Both the position numbers and the translations under genes were made by a program. The notes under the pieces were generated by a model. That model was not told the origin of the DNA. It worked only from the letters and a program-made list of their open reading frames with translations, and did not search any database. From NCBI GenBank assembly GCA_963772725.1, contig CAVYYI010000003.1, positions 416,001-480,000 of the forward strand: 64,000 bases of DNA. Direction: 5' to 3'. The stretch is from an uncultured Phycisphaerales bacterium (lineage in GTDB: Bacteria > Planctomycetota > Phycisphaerae > Sedimentisphaerales > Anaerobacaceae). Position 1 is the stretch's first letter; each line of letters begins with the position of its first letter. Below, in pieces: positions 1 to 9,705 of the stretch.

Positions 1-555
1 AAGGTTCGCAATATCACCACACGCCAAATAGGCGCAAGTTTCCGCTCAGGAAAACAGATTTCTGATTTGGCGGGAATCGACGTTATGACAATGCCGCCTA
101 AAGTTGCCACCGAATTTTTGTCCCTGAAAGAATCGCCCGACAAAATAACCGACCACACCTCAACCTATTATTACCCCGCATTTAATCCCGGTGTTGACCC
201 CGCGTCAGCAGCTATTGACACGCTCTGGAGAATAGATGAGAAACTGATAACCTGTCTCGATGCCCTTGAAAAAGAAGATCTCGATAGTTTTAAGCCCGCT
301 GACCTTATCAGCTTTTTCAAGACTTATAACTGCAGCGACATTTTATATCAATGGTCGGATTCGCAAATCGCACAGAGTGCCGCAGAAGGCAAGATTCCAA
401 AACTTGAAAACTGGAAAGACGCCCTGGCTGATGGCACTGTCGGCCTGGATACCCTGATGAATCTGGCGGGCCTGAACAGTTTCGCCACCGACCAAAAGGC
501 TATGGACGGCCGTGTCCTCGAAGTGCGGAATCTGCATGCCCATTCCGCTGGTTAA
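1..555 (+). CDS. Transaldolase-family protein, C-terminal part (5' end outside window)
   Basis: Frame is open from base 1 (KVRNITTRQIGASFRSGKQISDLAGIDVMTMPP); ASFR...LAG.D.MT.PP resembles the transaldolase C-terminal motif. Confidence 0.7.
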   Translation, partial: KVRNITTRQIGASFRSGKQISDLAGIDVMTMPPKVATEFLSLKESPDKITDHTSTYYYPAFNPGVDPASAAIDTLWRIDEKLITCLDALEKEDLDSFKPADLISFFKTYNCSDILYQWSDSQIAQSAAEGKIPKLENWKDALADGTVGLDTLMNLAGLNSFATDQKAMDGRVLEVRNLHAHSAG

Positions 556-891
556 GTCATTTGCTGTTGTTTATTAATTTTTGCAAGCCAGTTTTTCAGC
601 ATCGCAGCGTCGGCGTGGAAATTCTGCGGATTGTTGTCTTTGACAAATTCGAGCATCGCGAAAGAGTCTCTGCCAGTGGAATTAACCTTCTCAAGATACT
701 TGCTCCAAACGTTCCATCCTTTTTCAAGGGGCAGACGAATATCAGGGCTGCCGTCCCACTGAAAAACGTGCACGTCCCTCAGCCACGGCAGGATATCATA
801 CCGATTGTATTTAATATTTGCGCTCAACATAAGAAGTCCTGCAAACAGATTTGATTATTTCAGGTTCGAGTACAAATAAACCTTTTAGCAT
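552..891 (-). pseudogene. Remnant: C-terminus of a sugar-phosphate isomerase/TIM-barrel protein joined out of frame to a short N-terminus
   Basis: WLRDVHVFQW...MLEFVKD...ADAAMLKNWL resembles a xylose-isomerase-like C-terminus; the ATG at 891 with GAGGTG RBS opens only 26 codons in another frame. Confidence 0.55.
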
Positions 892-910
892 CTTCACCTC
901 TTATCAATCA

Positions 911-1909
911 TCAATCATTAATCGAGCAAATATTATCAATCTGTTGCAGTTCATCAATAGTAAAATCGCCTTTTTTAAGAACCGCTACATTTTCTTCGAT
1001 CTGCTCAACTTTGCTTGTCCCGACAAGAACAGAGGTTACACGTTTATCTTTCAGCACCCACGAAAGCGCCATCTGCGCCAAGCTTTGCCCGCGAGCTTTC
1101 GCCATTTTATTAAGCGCATTGATTTTTTTTAATAAATCCTCTGTAATTTTTTCAGGCTTGAGAAAACTGTAGGGCTTTGCCGCACGCGAATCTTTCGGAA
1201 TCCCTCCAAGATATTTGTCCGTCAAAAGCCCCTGCGCCAGCGGAGAAAAAACGATACACCCGATACCCTCCTTTCCCAGGACATCCAGCAACCCGCCTTC
1301 CACCCAGCGGTCCAACATCGAATATCGCGGCTGATGAATCAAACACGGTGTCCCCAGTTGTTTCAAGAGCGCCGCCGCCCGTGATGTCTGCTCGGCAGAA
1401 TAATTCGATATACCTACATAAAGCGCCTTACCCTGGCGAACAATCAAATCAAGAGCGGTCATCGTTTCTTCCAGCGGCGTTTGCGGGTCAGGCCTATGAG
1501 AATAAAATATATCCACATAATCCAATCCCATCCGTCGCAAAGACTGGTCGAGACTTGCGACAAGATATTTTTTCGACCCCCAGTCGCCATAAGGTCCGGG
1601 CCACATGTAATAGCCTGCCTTTGTTGAGATGAGCATCTCGTCGCGGTGTGCTGTAAAATCCATTTTGAGTATTTCGCCGAAATTCGTTTCCGCCGAACCG
1701 GCAGGTGGGCCATAATTGTTAGCCAAATCGAAATGCGTTATCCCTAAATCGAAAGCCCTGTGAATCATTGCCCGGCAGTTGTCAAAATCATCCACCTCGC
1801 CGAAGTTGTGCCAAAGCCCAAGCGATATCGCAGGCAGCAAAATCCCACTTTTGCCGCAGCGGTTGTATTTCATCGACTCGTATCGCTTTTGTGAAGGTAT
1901 ATATTTCAT
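911..1909 (-). CDS. mgrA: Aldo/keto reductase, L-glyceraldehyde-3-phosphate reductase (YghZ/MgrA type)
   Basis: LGLWHNFG, FDLANNYGPP, YVDIFYSHRPD, SPLAQGLLT motifs. Confidence 0.9.
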   Translation of the reverse strand: MKYIPSQKRYESMKYNRCGKSGILLPAISLGLWHNFGEVDDFDNCRAMIHRAFDLGITHFDLANNYGPPAGSAETNFGEILKMDFTAHRDEMLISTKAGYYMWPGPYGDWGSKKYLVASLDQSLRRMGLDYVDIFYSHRPDPQTPLEETMTALDLIVRQGKALYVGISNYSAEQTSRAAALLKQLGTPCLIHQPRYSMLDRWVEGGLLDVLGKEGIGCIVFSPLAQGLLTDKYLGGIPKDSRAAKPYSFLKPEKITEDLLKKINALNKMAKARGQSLAQMALSWVLKDKRVTSVLVGTSKVEQIEENVAVLKKGDFTIDELQQIDNICSIND

Positions 1910-1969
1910 ATCCACCGAATCTCTTTCCCGCCTCAAACATTAAGTCGAATTTAGCAGAAAATGCGATTT

Positions 1970-3834
1970 TTAACAAGCGGCAGTTTTTCTTCCGGAACGC
2001 TTGCGGTCATTTTCATTCAGCAACCGTTTGCGGAGCCGTATCGAGTTCGGACAAATCTCTACCAGTTCATCTTCCTGAATGTATTCAAGGCACATTTCAA
2101 GGCTCATTATCCTCGCGGGCCTTATTTTCGCGGCGTCATCTTTGCCCGCTGCCCGCATATTTGTCAACTGCTTAGCTTTAACGACATTGACAGGTATATC
2201 CTTTTCCTTACAGTGTTCCCCGACAATCTGCCCCTGATAAACCTTGTCGCCGGGCTTAACAAAAAATATGCCCCTGTCATAAAGCGAATCCAGAGCATAA
2301 GCCGTTACCTGGCCGGTGTTGGTCGCAATCATAACGCCCGCCAGACGTTTCGGTATCGAACCGCGCATCGGTTCGTATTTTTCAAATGTATGATGCATCA
2401 CTGCCCTTCCCTGGGTAGCGTTTAGCATTCGGGCGTGAAGACCGAACAGACCACGAGAAGGAACGGAAAATTCCATATGAACAAAGCCGCTGGCTCCTGT
2501 CTTAGCATCCATCTTAACCATTTCGCTTCGCCTGTCGCCAAGAAGACTGATTACCGAACTCTGACACTCAACCGGGCAATCCACGACAAGCATTTCTATC
2601 GGCTCATTAACCACACCGTCAATCTCTTTAAGAATGACGTTAGGCTTGCCCACGCAAAGCTCATAACCTTCCCGCCGCATATTCTCCAGCAGGATTCCAA
2701 GATGCATTAAGCCGCGCCCCGAAACCATGAACTCCTCGGGCGTTTCACCCTGTTCAACTCGAAGCGCAACATTATGTTCAAGCTCTTTTTCCAGCCGTTC
2801 CCCTATATGACGGCTTGTTATCATTTTTCCGTCCATACCTGCAAAAGGCCCATCATTAATACGAAACGTCATATTCATCGTTGGTTCATCAACCGCGATT
2901 ACCGGCAGCGCCTCCGGATTCTCTGCACAGGCGATTGTGTCGCCTATATCCACAGACTCCAACCCGCTTATCGCACATATATCGCCCGCCTCAACAGATT
3001 CCACCTGCTTTCTGCCCAATCCATAGAACTGGTGTATCTGCAGAATTTTCTGCATGGTGTGCTTACCCTGCTTGTCGATAACCGTTACCGCCTCGCCTTG
3101 CCGCACCTGACCTGCGAAAACTCTACCTATTGCTATCCTGCCGACATAATCAGAATATTCCAGCGTTGTTACAAGCATCTGCAAAGGCTCATCAGGCGAT
3201 CCCGTCGGTGCCGGAATCTTGTTTATTATCGCGTCGAAAATCGGCAGCACATTATTACTCTTCTTTTTCAGATTCTTTGTCGCCCAGCCTTCTTTCGCCG
3301 ATGCGTAAATTATCGGGAAATCCAGCGTATGGTCATCGGCGCCAAGCTGAACAAGCAAATCGAAAACCTCATTAACTACGTCATCAGGACGTGAATTCGC
3401 CCGGTCAACCTTATTAACCACCACTATCACCCGAAGCTTATTTTCCAGCGCTTACCCAGAACAAAACGCGTCTGAGGCATAGGCCCGTCAAATGCGTCCA
3501 CAAGAAGCAGCACACCATCGGCCATTTTCAGCACGCGCTCAACCTCACCGCCAAAATCCGCGTGGCCAGGAGTATCAATGATATTGATTTTATAAGTCTC
3601 GCCTGTTTTAGGGTCCGTATATTGAACTGCGCAGTTCTTGCTCAATATGGTAATACCTCGTTCCCGCTCTATAGGGTTCGAGTCCATAATCAGATCGCCC
3701 GCTCCGGTCACAAGCTTATCGAGTTCCTCATTGCGGAACATCCCCGATTGATAAAGCAGCCGGTCAACCAGCGTAGTCTTACCATGGTCAACATGAGCAA
3801 TTATAGCAACATTGCGAATATGTTTTATATCCAT
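1970..3834 (-). CDS. typA: Translational GTPase TypA/BipA (frameshift near 3445)
   Basis: [27 protein letters not shown] and C-terminal [12 protein letters not shown]; two ORFs join by a 1-nt indel. Confidence 0.95.
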
Positions 3835-3899
3835 AATAGAATCTCAACTTAAGTAAATACAGGGCAAAGGTATGATTACCTCTAATATGCCAATATGGC

Positions 3900-3927
3900 A
3901 TTTTACCATTTCCCCGCGAAAAGTCAA
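3900..3927 (-). promoter_or_regulatory. Sigma70-type promoter of typA
   Basis: TTGACT-16 nt-TAAAAT with TG extension on the minus strand. Confidence 0.5.
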
Positions 3928-3959
3928 CATAAAAACGCCTTTTTAAAATGCCGCCAAAG

Positions 3960-5225
3960 CTAACTCTTCGGATTCATAATTCTGCCGAAAAATAAAATAA
4001 CCCCCGTATTGTTATCGCGAATCAAAAATACAAACGGCCGGTCAGCCTTGAAAACCGGTATTTTCATCCCTATTGATGTAGCTCCAACCATTATCCCTGT
4101 TGCCGCCGCCTCAGTGCCTTGTTCGTTCACCTCAACAAAAGCCTTGTGAATGACAGCCGAAATAAAAAGGTCTCTTTTGCCGTCCATTCCTGAAAAGTCA
4201 GCCTTATCTGTAAACGCCTCCATCATCCCCATTGATTTAAGCGTGTCAGCCAATCCAAACTGGCTGGTCGTCTTGAATTTTGGCATAGAAACAATGACTT
4301 TCTGCTTCCGCATCTCTGCCGACCATTTTGCGAAGTTTTGCTGCGTAAGATTTTTTTCAAGTTCGCCTACACCGTCAGTTTTTTGGGGAAGCAATATGAA
4401 CATCGACAATTCATTATCCACGTACGGCATTTCAAGAATCTGAAAATCTTCTTTTTCCGCATATCCGAATTCAGCCGTCTTATTCATCATAGGAACACCG
4501 ACATTTTTATCGTCAGTCAAATTAAACGGAGCATCTGCCGTGCTGTCCTTCTCAAACTGCCTTGCCCAGTTCCCTTTGAAATAAACCGCATTAGTGATAA
4601 CAAGCCTTGTCATAGGCGTCAGTGACCCCCTTGCGATAAGGTCTTTTATCTTGTCTTTAGTCTGCTTTTCCACCCAAGCATTTATGGTGTTTCTCGCAGA
4701 TTCAGTCTCTTGAATAAAATCCACTTGATTTAGATTTCCTTCGTAGTCGGTTTTTATAAGCTCAATATACTCTTTTAGAAATTCGTATCCTTTCTGTCCC
4801 CACAATGCGTTGGCCGTAATCAGCTCGTATTTTCCTTTTTGGCCGCCCGTGTTGATGGATTTTATTATTTCTCCGAATGCACTGTGAAATTGCGTTCCAG
4901 TTTCAAAGTGCATCGCCTTTGCCATCTCAATGTTCGTTTGTCCTCTAGCGCCGGCGTACGCCATTGCCATCGCCGTTGAAATACTGTAAGGCGAAAAGAA
5001 AAGATTTCCCTTCTCTGCCCGCAGTTTGCCATAAAGGTCAAAAGCAAACTCGTTATTACACAAATTCAGACTGGCAATAAGAGCCTTATTTTGTTTTTCA
5101 AATGCAAGTTCTTTAATGCTTTCTACGATGTTCTGTTTTTCTGCCCCATTTTCATTTGCCGCTCCACAACCGATCGTTATCCCCACCGCAATTACAATCG
5201 CTAATATGTGTTTAATGCTTTTCAT
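3960..5225 (-). CDS. Serpin-family protease inhibitor, probable lipoprotein
   Basis: FFSPYSI, NAVYFKGNW, HKAFVEVNEQGTEAAA, FKADRPFVFLI; N-terminal hydrophobic stretch ending ITIGC. Confidence 0.93.
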   Translation of the reverse strand: MKSIKHILAIVIAVGITIGCGAANENGAEKQNIVESIKELAFEKQNKALIASLNLCNNEFAFDLYGKLRAEKGNLFFSPYSISTAMAMAYAGARGQTNIEMAKAMHFETGTQFHSAFGEIIKSINTGGQKGKYELITANALWGQKGYEFLKEYIELIKTDYEGNLNQVDFIQETESARNTINAWVEKQTKDKIKDLIARGSLTPMTRLVITNAVYFKGNWARQFEKDSTADAPFNLTDDKNVGVPMMNKTAEFGYAEKEDFQILEMPYVDNELSMFILLPQKTDGVGELEKNLTQQNFAKWSAEMRKQKVIVSMPKFKTTSQFGLADTLKSMGMMEAFTDKADFSGMDGKRDLFISAVIHKAFVEVNEQGTEAAATGIMVGATSIGMKIPVFKADRPFVFLIRDNNTGVILFFGRIMNPKS

Positions 5226-5349
5226 AATATGCCCCCTTTTCTATAAAACTTAACCATTCACCGTTGATATTATTATATATTATGTTCGTTTGATTGTGTA
5301 CACAATTCTCGCATTTCGGCTATTGATGAAATGCGATTAAAACGATAGA

Positions 5350-5541
5350 ATGTTGCTCATAAGTTCCGGGAAAAAACCGAATAAAAAGCCGCTGCCTGCC
5401 GTTGTTTATCAAACCACGGCAAAATTAGATGAAGCGATTAACCATTTTCGCCAGGCTCTCCAGATTGACCCGAATTATTCCAAAGCACGTGACAACCTGA
5501 ATAAGGTTCTTATGATACAGAAAACAAATGGCAGGTATTGA
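5350..5541 (+). pseudogene. Isolated C-terminal TPR fragment
   Basis: KLDEAINHFRQALQIDPNYSKARDNL resembles the last TPR of the 16756-18975 protein; no convincing N-terminus. Confidence 0.55.
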
Positions 5542-5567
5542 CATAGACCTGGCCAAAGCGGTATAAT
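5538..5567 (+). promoter_or_regulatory. Consensus sigma70 promoter
   Basis: TTGACA-18 nt-TATAAT upstream of the 5613 gene. Confidence 0.65.
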
Positions 5568-5612
5568 ATATTTTAGATGAATGAGAGGACTATTTTTTAG
5601 AAAGGGGCAGCT

Positions 5613-6581
5613 ATGGATTTCGGAACGGAAAGTCGGTTCAAGTTGCAGGCAATTATTATTGTCCTCGTTGTGGCCGCGGTGGGAGCGATGGCGATGTTTA
5701 CGGATATCTTTCAGGGTTCTTCCGGCGACATATCCCAGGTCGTTCTCGTGCTTGCGATTGCGATTCTGTTAATTATCGGCCTGGTAATTCTGTCGGTGGT
5801 ATCGAAAATCTTCGAGGTTATCCGCAGAAGCAACGAGCAGGTCGCCAACACCGAAGGCATGCTCGAAAAAATTCTCTCCGCTTTGACACAGCTCAGCCAG
5901 AGCTCACGCCTTAGCGACTTTACAAAAACCATCGCGTTCCATGATTCAGAAAAGCAGTCTTTTCGTGATGCCGTTTTCGATAAGCTTCAGCAGCAGGATT
6001 TCGAAGGCGCAGCCGAATTAGTTGACGAAATCTCTCGCTCCGCTTCACATCATAAAATCGCCGAGCAGCTAAAGGCCGAAGTCATCAAATATCGCAATGC
6101 CACCGTACAGGAACGAATTAATCAGGTTATCGCGCACATTGAGAAACTTCTCGACAATTTCCAGTGGGCACAAGCCAGCGCTTTGATTGAAAGATTGATA
6201 AAAGGCGCCCCCGCTTCAGAGGATGCGCAAAAAATGCGGCAGAAGTTAGTCGATAAAAAAGGAGAAAGAAAGAAATCATTACTTGCCGCCTGGGATGACG
6301 CTGTAAAACACGAGGACACCGACCAAAGTATTGAGATTCTTAAGGAACTCGATTTGTATCTGACTCCTAACGAAGGTTTAGCGTTACAGGAAGCGGCCAG
6401 AGATGTTTTCAGAAATAAGCTCCACAGTCTCGGCGTCCAGTTCGCCCTGTCCGTTACCGCAAAACAGTGGCAAAAGGCATTCGAGACAGGTCAGCAGATT
6501 ATACATGATTTCCCAAACAGCAGAATGGCCGCCGAAATTCGCGAAAGAATGTTCATCCTGAAACAAAAGGCTGGAAAATAA
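5613..6581 (+). CDS. Hypothetical membrane-anchored helical protein
   Basis: 322-aa ORF, two N-terminal TM helices, helical-repeat-like C-terminus, AGGGG RBS. Confidence 0.8.
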   Translation: MDFGTESRFKLQAIIIVLVVAAVGAMAMFTDIFQGSSGDISQVVLVLAIAILLIIGLVILSVVSKIFEVIRRSNEQVANTEGMLEKILSALTQLSQSSRLSDFTKTIAFHDSEKQSFRDAVFDKLQQQDFEGAAELVDEISRSASHHKIAEQLKAEVIKYRNATVQERINQVIAHIEKLLDNFQWAQASALIERLIKGAPASEDAQKMRQKLVDKKGERKKSLLAAWDDAVKHEDTDQSIEILKELDLYLTPNEGLALQEAARDVFRNKLHSLGVQFALSVTAKQWQKAFETGQQIIHDFPNSRMAAEIRERMFILKQKAGK

Positions 6582-6648
6582 AAACCGCTTCACGCTTCAC
6601 GAACGACTCTTCACATTTTGTCACCGCCTTCTCCGCGGCGAAAAAAAA

Positions 6649-7194
6649 TTAATGCAGGTCGAAGAGGGACTGTGTTTTTATCATCGTTACCTGGTCGGGG
6701 TAAGCCGCGAATGAATGAATGTGCAACTCGTTCTGCCTGGCCTCAAAATCGATATAGCAGAAAGGCTGAAGCCCACCCGCCTCCTGTTCCGGAAACTTCA
6801 CAAATACCCCGCGATTTCTCGCGAAACGCTCAAGGTCGGTATGAGTCTGACGGTACAAACTCGGACTTAGCTTTTCAATCTGAAAATCGGTCATATAGCT
6901 AAGACCTCTTGTCAGTGTGCATTTGTGAGAATGCGGTCCGCGAAATTGGAATCGCTCAATCAAACCACGCTGCGGCAGCATCTGCCCCGGTGCGCTTACA
7001 ACCTCGCTCAAACACACGTTGCCGGAAAAAACGCTGACTACATGCGTGCAGCCGGTAACCCATATAATCGCTTCGTATTTTTCCGTTTGCAGACGCTTTT
7101 CCGAATAAAGCTGGAAAAGCTCGGGATGCAAAGGTCTCTGGAAAAGACTGAATGTCAGTTCTTCGACTGCTATATGCGTTTGCGGCGATTCCAT
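6649..7194 (-). CDS. DUF2617-family protein
   Basis: LFQRPLHPELF N-terminal motif and KTQSLFD C-terminus. Confidence 0.75.
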   Translation of the reverse strand: MESPQTHIAVEELTFSLFQRPLHPELFQLYSEKRLQTEKYEAIIWVTGCTHVVSVFSGNVCLSEVVSAPGQMLPQRGLIERFQFRGPHSHKCTLTRGLSYMTDFQIEKLSPSLYRQTHTDLERFARNRGVFVKFPEQEAGGLQPFCYIDFEARQNELHIHSFAAYPDQVTMIKTQSLFDLH

Positions 7195-7406
7195 TTATTT
7201 GTCCCCGAACTATAACTTTAAATATTTAACTTAGTGAACGTATTATACAACAAATTGGCAGGCTTTTTCAAGTGCAATATCAGTACTGATAATGCGGTTT
7301 TGACGCCTTATAGGACGATTATTTCGCAACCTGAGAAAATCAAACGACTAATGGCTGACAAATTTTTCAAAAAAAATTGAAATATTTTTTCGATATGTGT
7401 ATTTTT

Positions 7407-8324
7407 TTATTGCTCAAAGAAAAAGCCGTTAATCAAAACGGCTATAATATCATAAAACGCGTGGGTGCCCGCCGTAATGCCGAAACCTCGAATCGCGTAA
7501 AGCCCCGCAAAATAAACCCCTGCCATCGTTCTGAATCCGAACGCAGTCCAGTTAAAAGGAATGCTCTGCCCGATATAGCCGTGCGTCAATACAATATGAT
7601 GATGTGCGCTGAATAAAGCCGCCGAAACAAATACGGAAAGTATAATCGACAGCTTCTGTTCAAGTTTCAAAATATCCTGAAACAGCAGCATTAACACACA
7701 AATTAAAATTAATCTGAATACCAGTTCCTCATAAATTCCAGCCCCGATTCCTGTAACAATGCTTGCCATCATATTTTGATTGTCGAAATTCCCACCAGCC
7801 CCCGCCGCTGGCTCACCATAACCATTAGCGATAGAACACGTTATTGCCGGACCCGCGCGTACAAGAGTTTCGCTTACAGCGGACTGCCGGTTAGATGTAT
7901 CAACAGGAGAACTGCTCAGAAAAAGACTGAACACTATCAGCGGTATCGCCAGCACCGCGCATTCCACTATCATCGGCACAACATCACCAAACCAGAAATA
8001 CCACTTCGTTCCCGAAGCTATCTGAAACGCCAGCAGTATCACTATCACCGCCAGCGGCGGCGCTATCCACGCGAACTTGCTGGCAAAACCCAGATACTCA
8101 AGAAAATCCTGCAGCCACACGAACGCTACCACGCGCACCTGCGATTGATTCAATATGTCCGTGTTGATAAAAATCGTGCCGAGTTCGTAAAAAATTATAA
8201 ATGGCACAAGGAAAACTATCGCGTAAATAGGCCGGCTCGTTCGCTCAAGATAAGAATCCCTGGCGAAATTGAACAATTGATTTGTGCCGTAATTATATTT
8301 TTTCTTCATCAAACTCTTTGTCAT
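7407..8324 (-). CDS. CPBP/Abi-family intramembrane metalloprotease
   Basis: GIYEELVFR, FSAHH and HAFYD motifs, multiple TM helices. Confidence 0.88.
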   Translation of the reverse strand: MTKSLMKKKYNYGTNQLFNFARDSYLERTSRPIYAIVFLVPFIIFYELGTIFINTDILNQSQVRVVAFVWLQDFLEYLGFASKFAWIAPPLAVIVILLAFQIASGTKWYFWFGDVVPMIVECAVLAIPLIVFSLFLSSSPVDTSNRQSAVSETLVRAGPAITCSIANGYGEPAAGAGGNFDNQNMMASIVTGIGAGIYEELVFRLILICVLMLLFQDILKLEQKLSIILSVFVSAALFSAHHHIVLTHGYIGQSIPFNWTAFGFRTMAGVYFAGLYAIRGFGITAGTHAFYDIIAVLINGFFFEQ

Positions 8325-8495
8325 TCCCGCAAAGCGAGAATCCAGTTTTTTATTCTGCGTCCTGAGTTCTTTGTTCTTAATTCTCTCTTATCCCATTTTT
8401 TTCTTTACATCTAAATCGCTCCAAAGTTTACTTTAAGCGGATTGAAATTACAATAACCAAAAACGATATGATTTTTGAAAACCGGAAAGATAGAA

Positions 8496-9161
8496 ATGAC
8501 AGGCGCAAAACTTACTGAAATTTATAATCTGCTCTATGAACGCTTCGGCCCGCAGCACTGGTGGCCGGGTGAAACGCAATTCGAAATAATCACCGGCGCG
8601 ATTCTCACCCAGAACACCAATTGGCCAAACGTCGAAAAGGCGATTATCAACCTCAAAAACACGGACTCACTCACACCAGAAAAATTTTACAAAATGGATA
8701 TCTCCGAACTGGCCGGCCTAATCAGACCCGCAGGTTATTACAACATAAAGGCCAAAAGACTCAAAAACTTCATCAACTGGCTTTTTAAAAACTATTCCGG
8801 AAATCTCGCTGAAGTCGAAAAACTCAGCACCGAAAGATTAAGAGAACAGCTTCTATCAATTACCGGTATCGGGCCGGAAACGGCTGATTCTATGCTGCTT
8901 TATGCCTTTAACAGGTGTGTTTTCGTGGTTGATGCCTATACCGCCCGCATTATTACCCGTCACAGGCTGATAGCCCCCGGCGCCGAATACGAAGAGTTCA
9001 AATATCTCTTCGAATCAAACCTGCCGCGGGATACCACCCTGTTTAATGAATATCACGCCCTATTAGTAAGATTAGGCAAGGAATTCTGCAAAACCAAAGC
9101 CAGATGTGCCAGCTGCCCGCTTGAAAAATTGCCGCACTCCCTCGATATTGAACTTTTCTGA
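8496..9161 (+). CDS. HhH-GPD / endonuclease III domain protein
   Basis: GAILTQNTNW, GIGPETAD HhH, VVDAY, C-terminal Cys cluster. Confidence 0.9.
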   Translation: MTGAKLTEIYNLLYERFGPQHWWPGETQFEIITGAILTQNTNWPNVEKAIINLKNTDSLTPEKFYKMDISELAGLIRPAGYYNIKAKRLKNFINWLFKNYSGNLAEVEKLSTERLREQLLSITGIGPETADSMLLYAFNRCVFVVDAYTARIITRHRLIAPGAEYEEFKYLFESNLPRDTTLFNEYHALLVRLGKEFCKTKARCASCPLEKLPHSLDIELF

Positions 9162-9564
9162 ACCTTCCCGCATCGTTTAGCCGCCAGGCTGCTACATTTG
9201 CTCACGAACATGGATAATACATCTGTACTGTCACCATATCAGTATAGCGAGTGAAAATCGGTTCCTGTTCGTAGGTGAAGCGGCGAAGGATACCCTTCTT
9301 AATCAGCCAGCATGGCAAAAAAAGTTAGCAGTTCGTAGTTGGTAGAAAAAAGCACAGCGTATAGCGTATAAAAAACAAAAAAATGGTCACGAAAAAACGC
9401 AAAAGACCCAAAAAATATTATCAGCAGATAATAGATGGCGGGGGAAGTGTACGGAGAGGGAGGAAAGAATAGACGCTGGCAAGGATTTTTGGGCATATTC
9501 TATAATGTGTCCTGGCGGTTTGTATTTTGACGGGCCCCAGCCGCAGGAAGCGGATAATAAAAGC

Positions 9565-9585
9565 CCGTGGCCACAGGTGCCACGG
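9565..9585. repeat. REP-like palindromic hairpin
   Basis: CCGTGGC-cacaggt-GCCACGG perfect 7-bp stem. Confidence 0.5.
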
Positions 9586-9705
9586 CTAAACAGTAAAAAT
9601 AGGGGTTGAAAAAGCCGAGGGGATGGGTATATTATTGAAACTGGCTGATGGTCAGTTTGAAAGTTTAAAAATTAAAGTGAACTATAGATACAGGGAGGCT
9701 GTTTT

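Noticed and set aside
7776..8414. 212-aa plus-strand ORF
   Set aside because: Antisense to the CPBP protease; composition typical of a shadow frame
9495..9600. Purine or SAH riboswitch before mtnN
   Set aside because: Core consensus nucleotides of neither family are recognisable by eye
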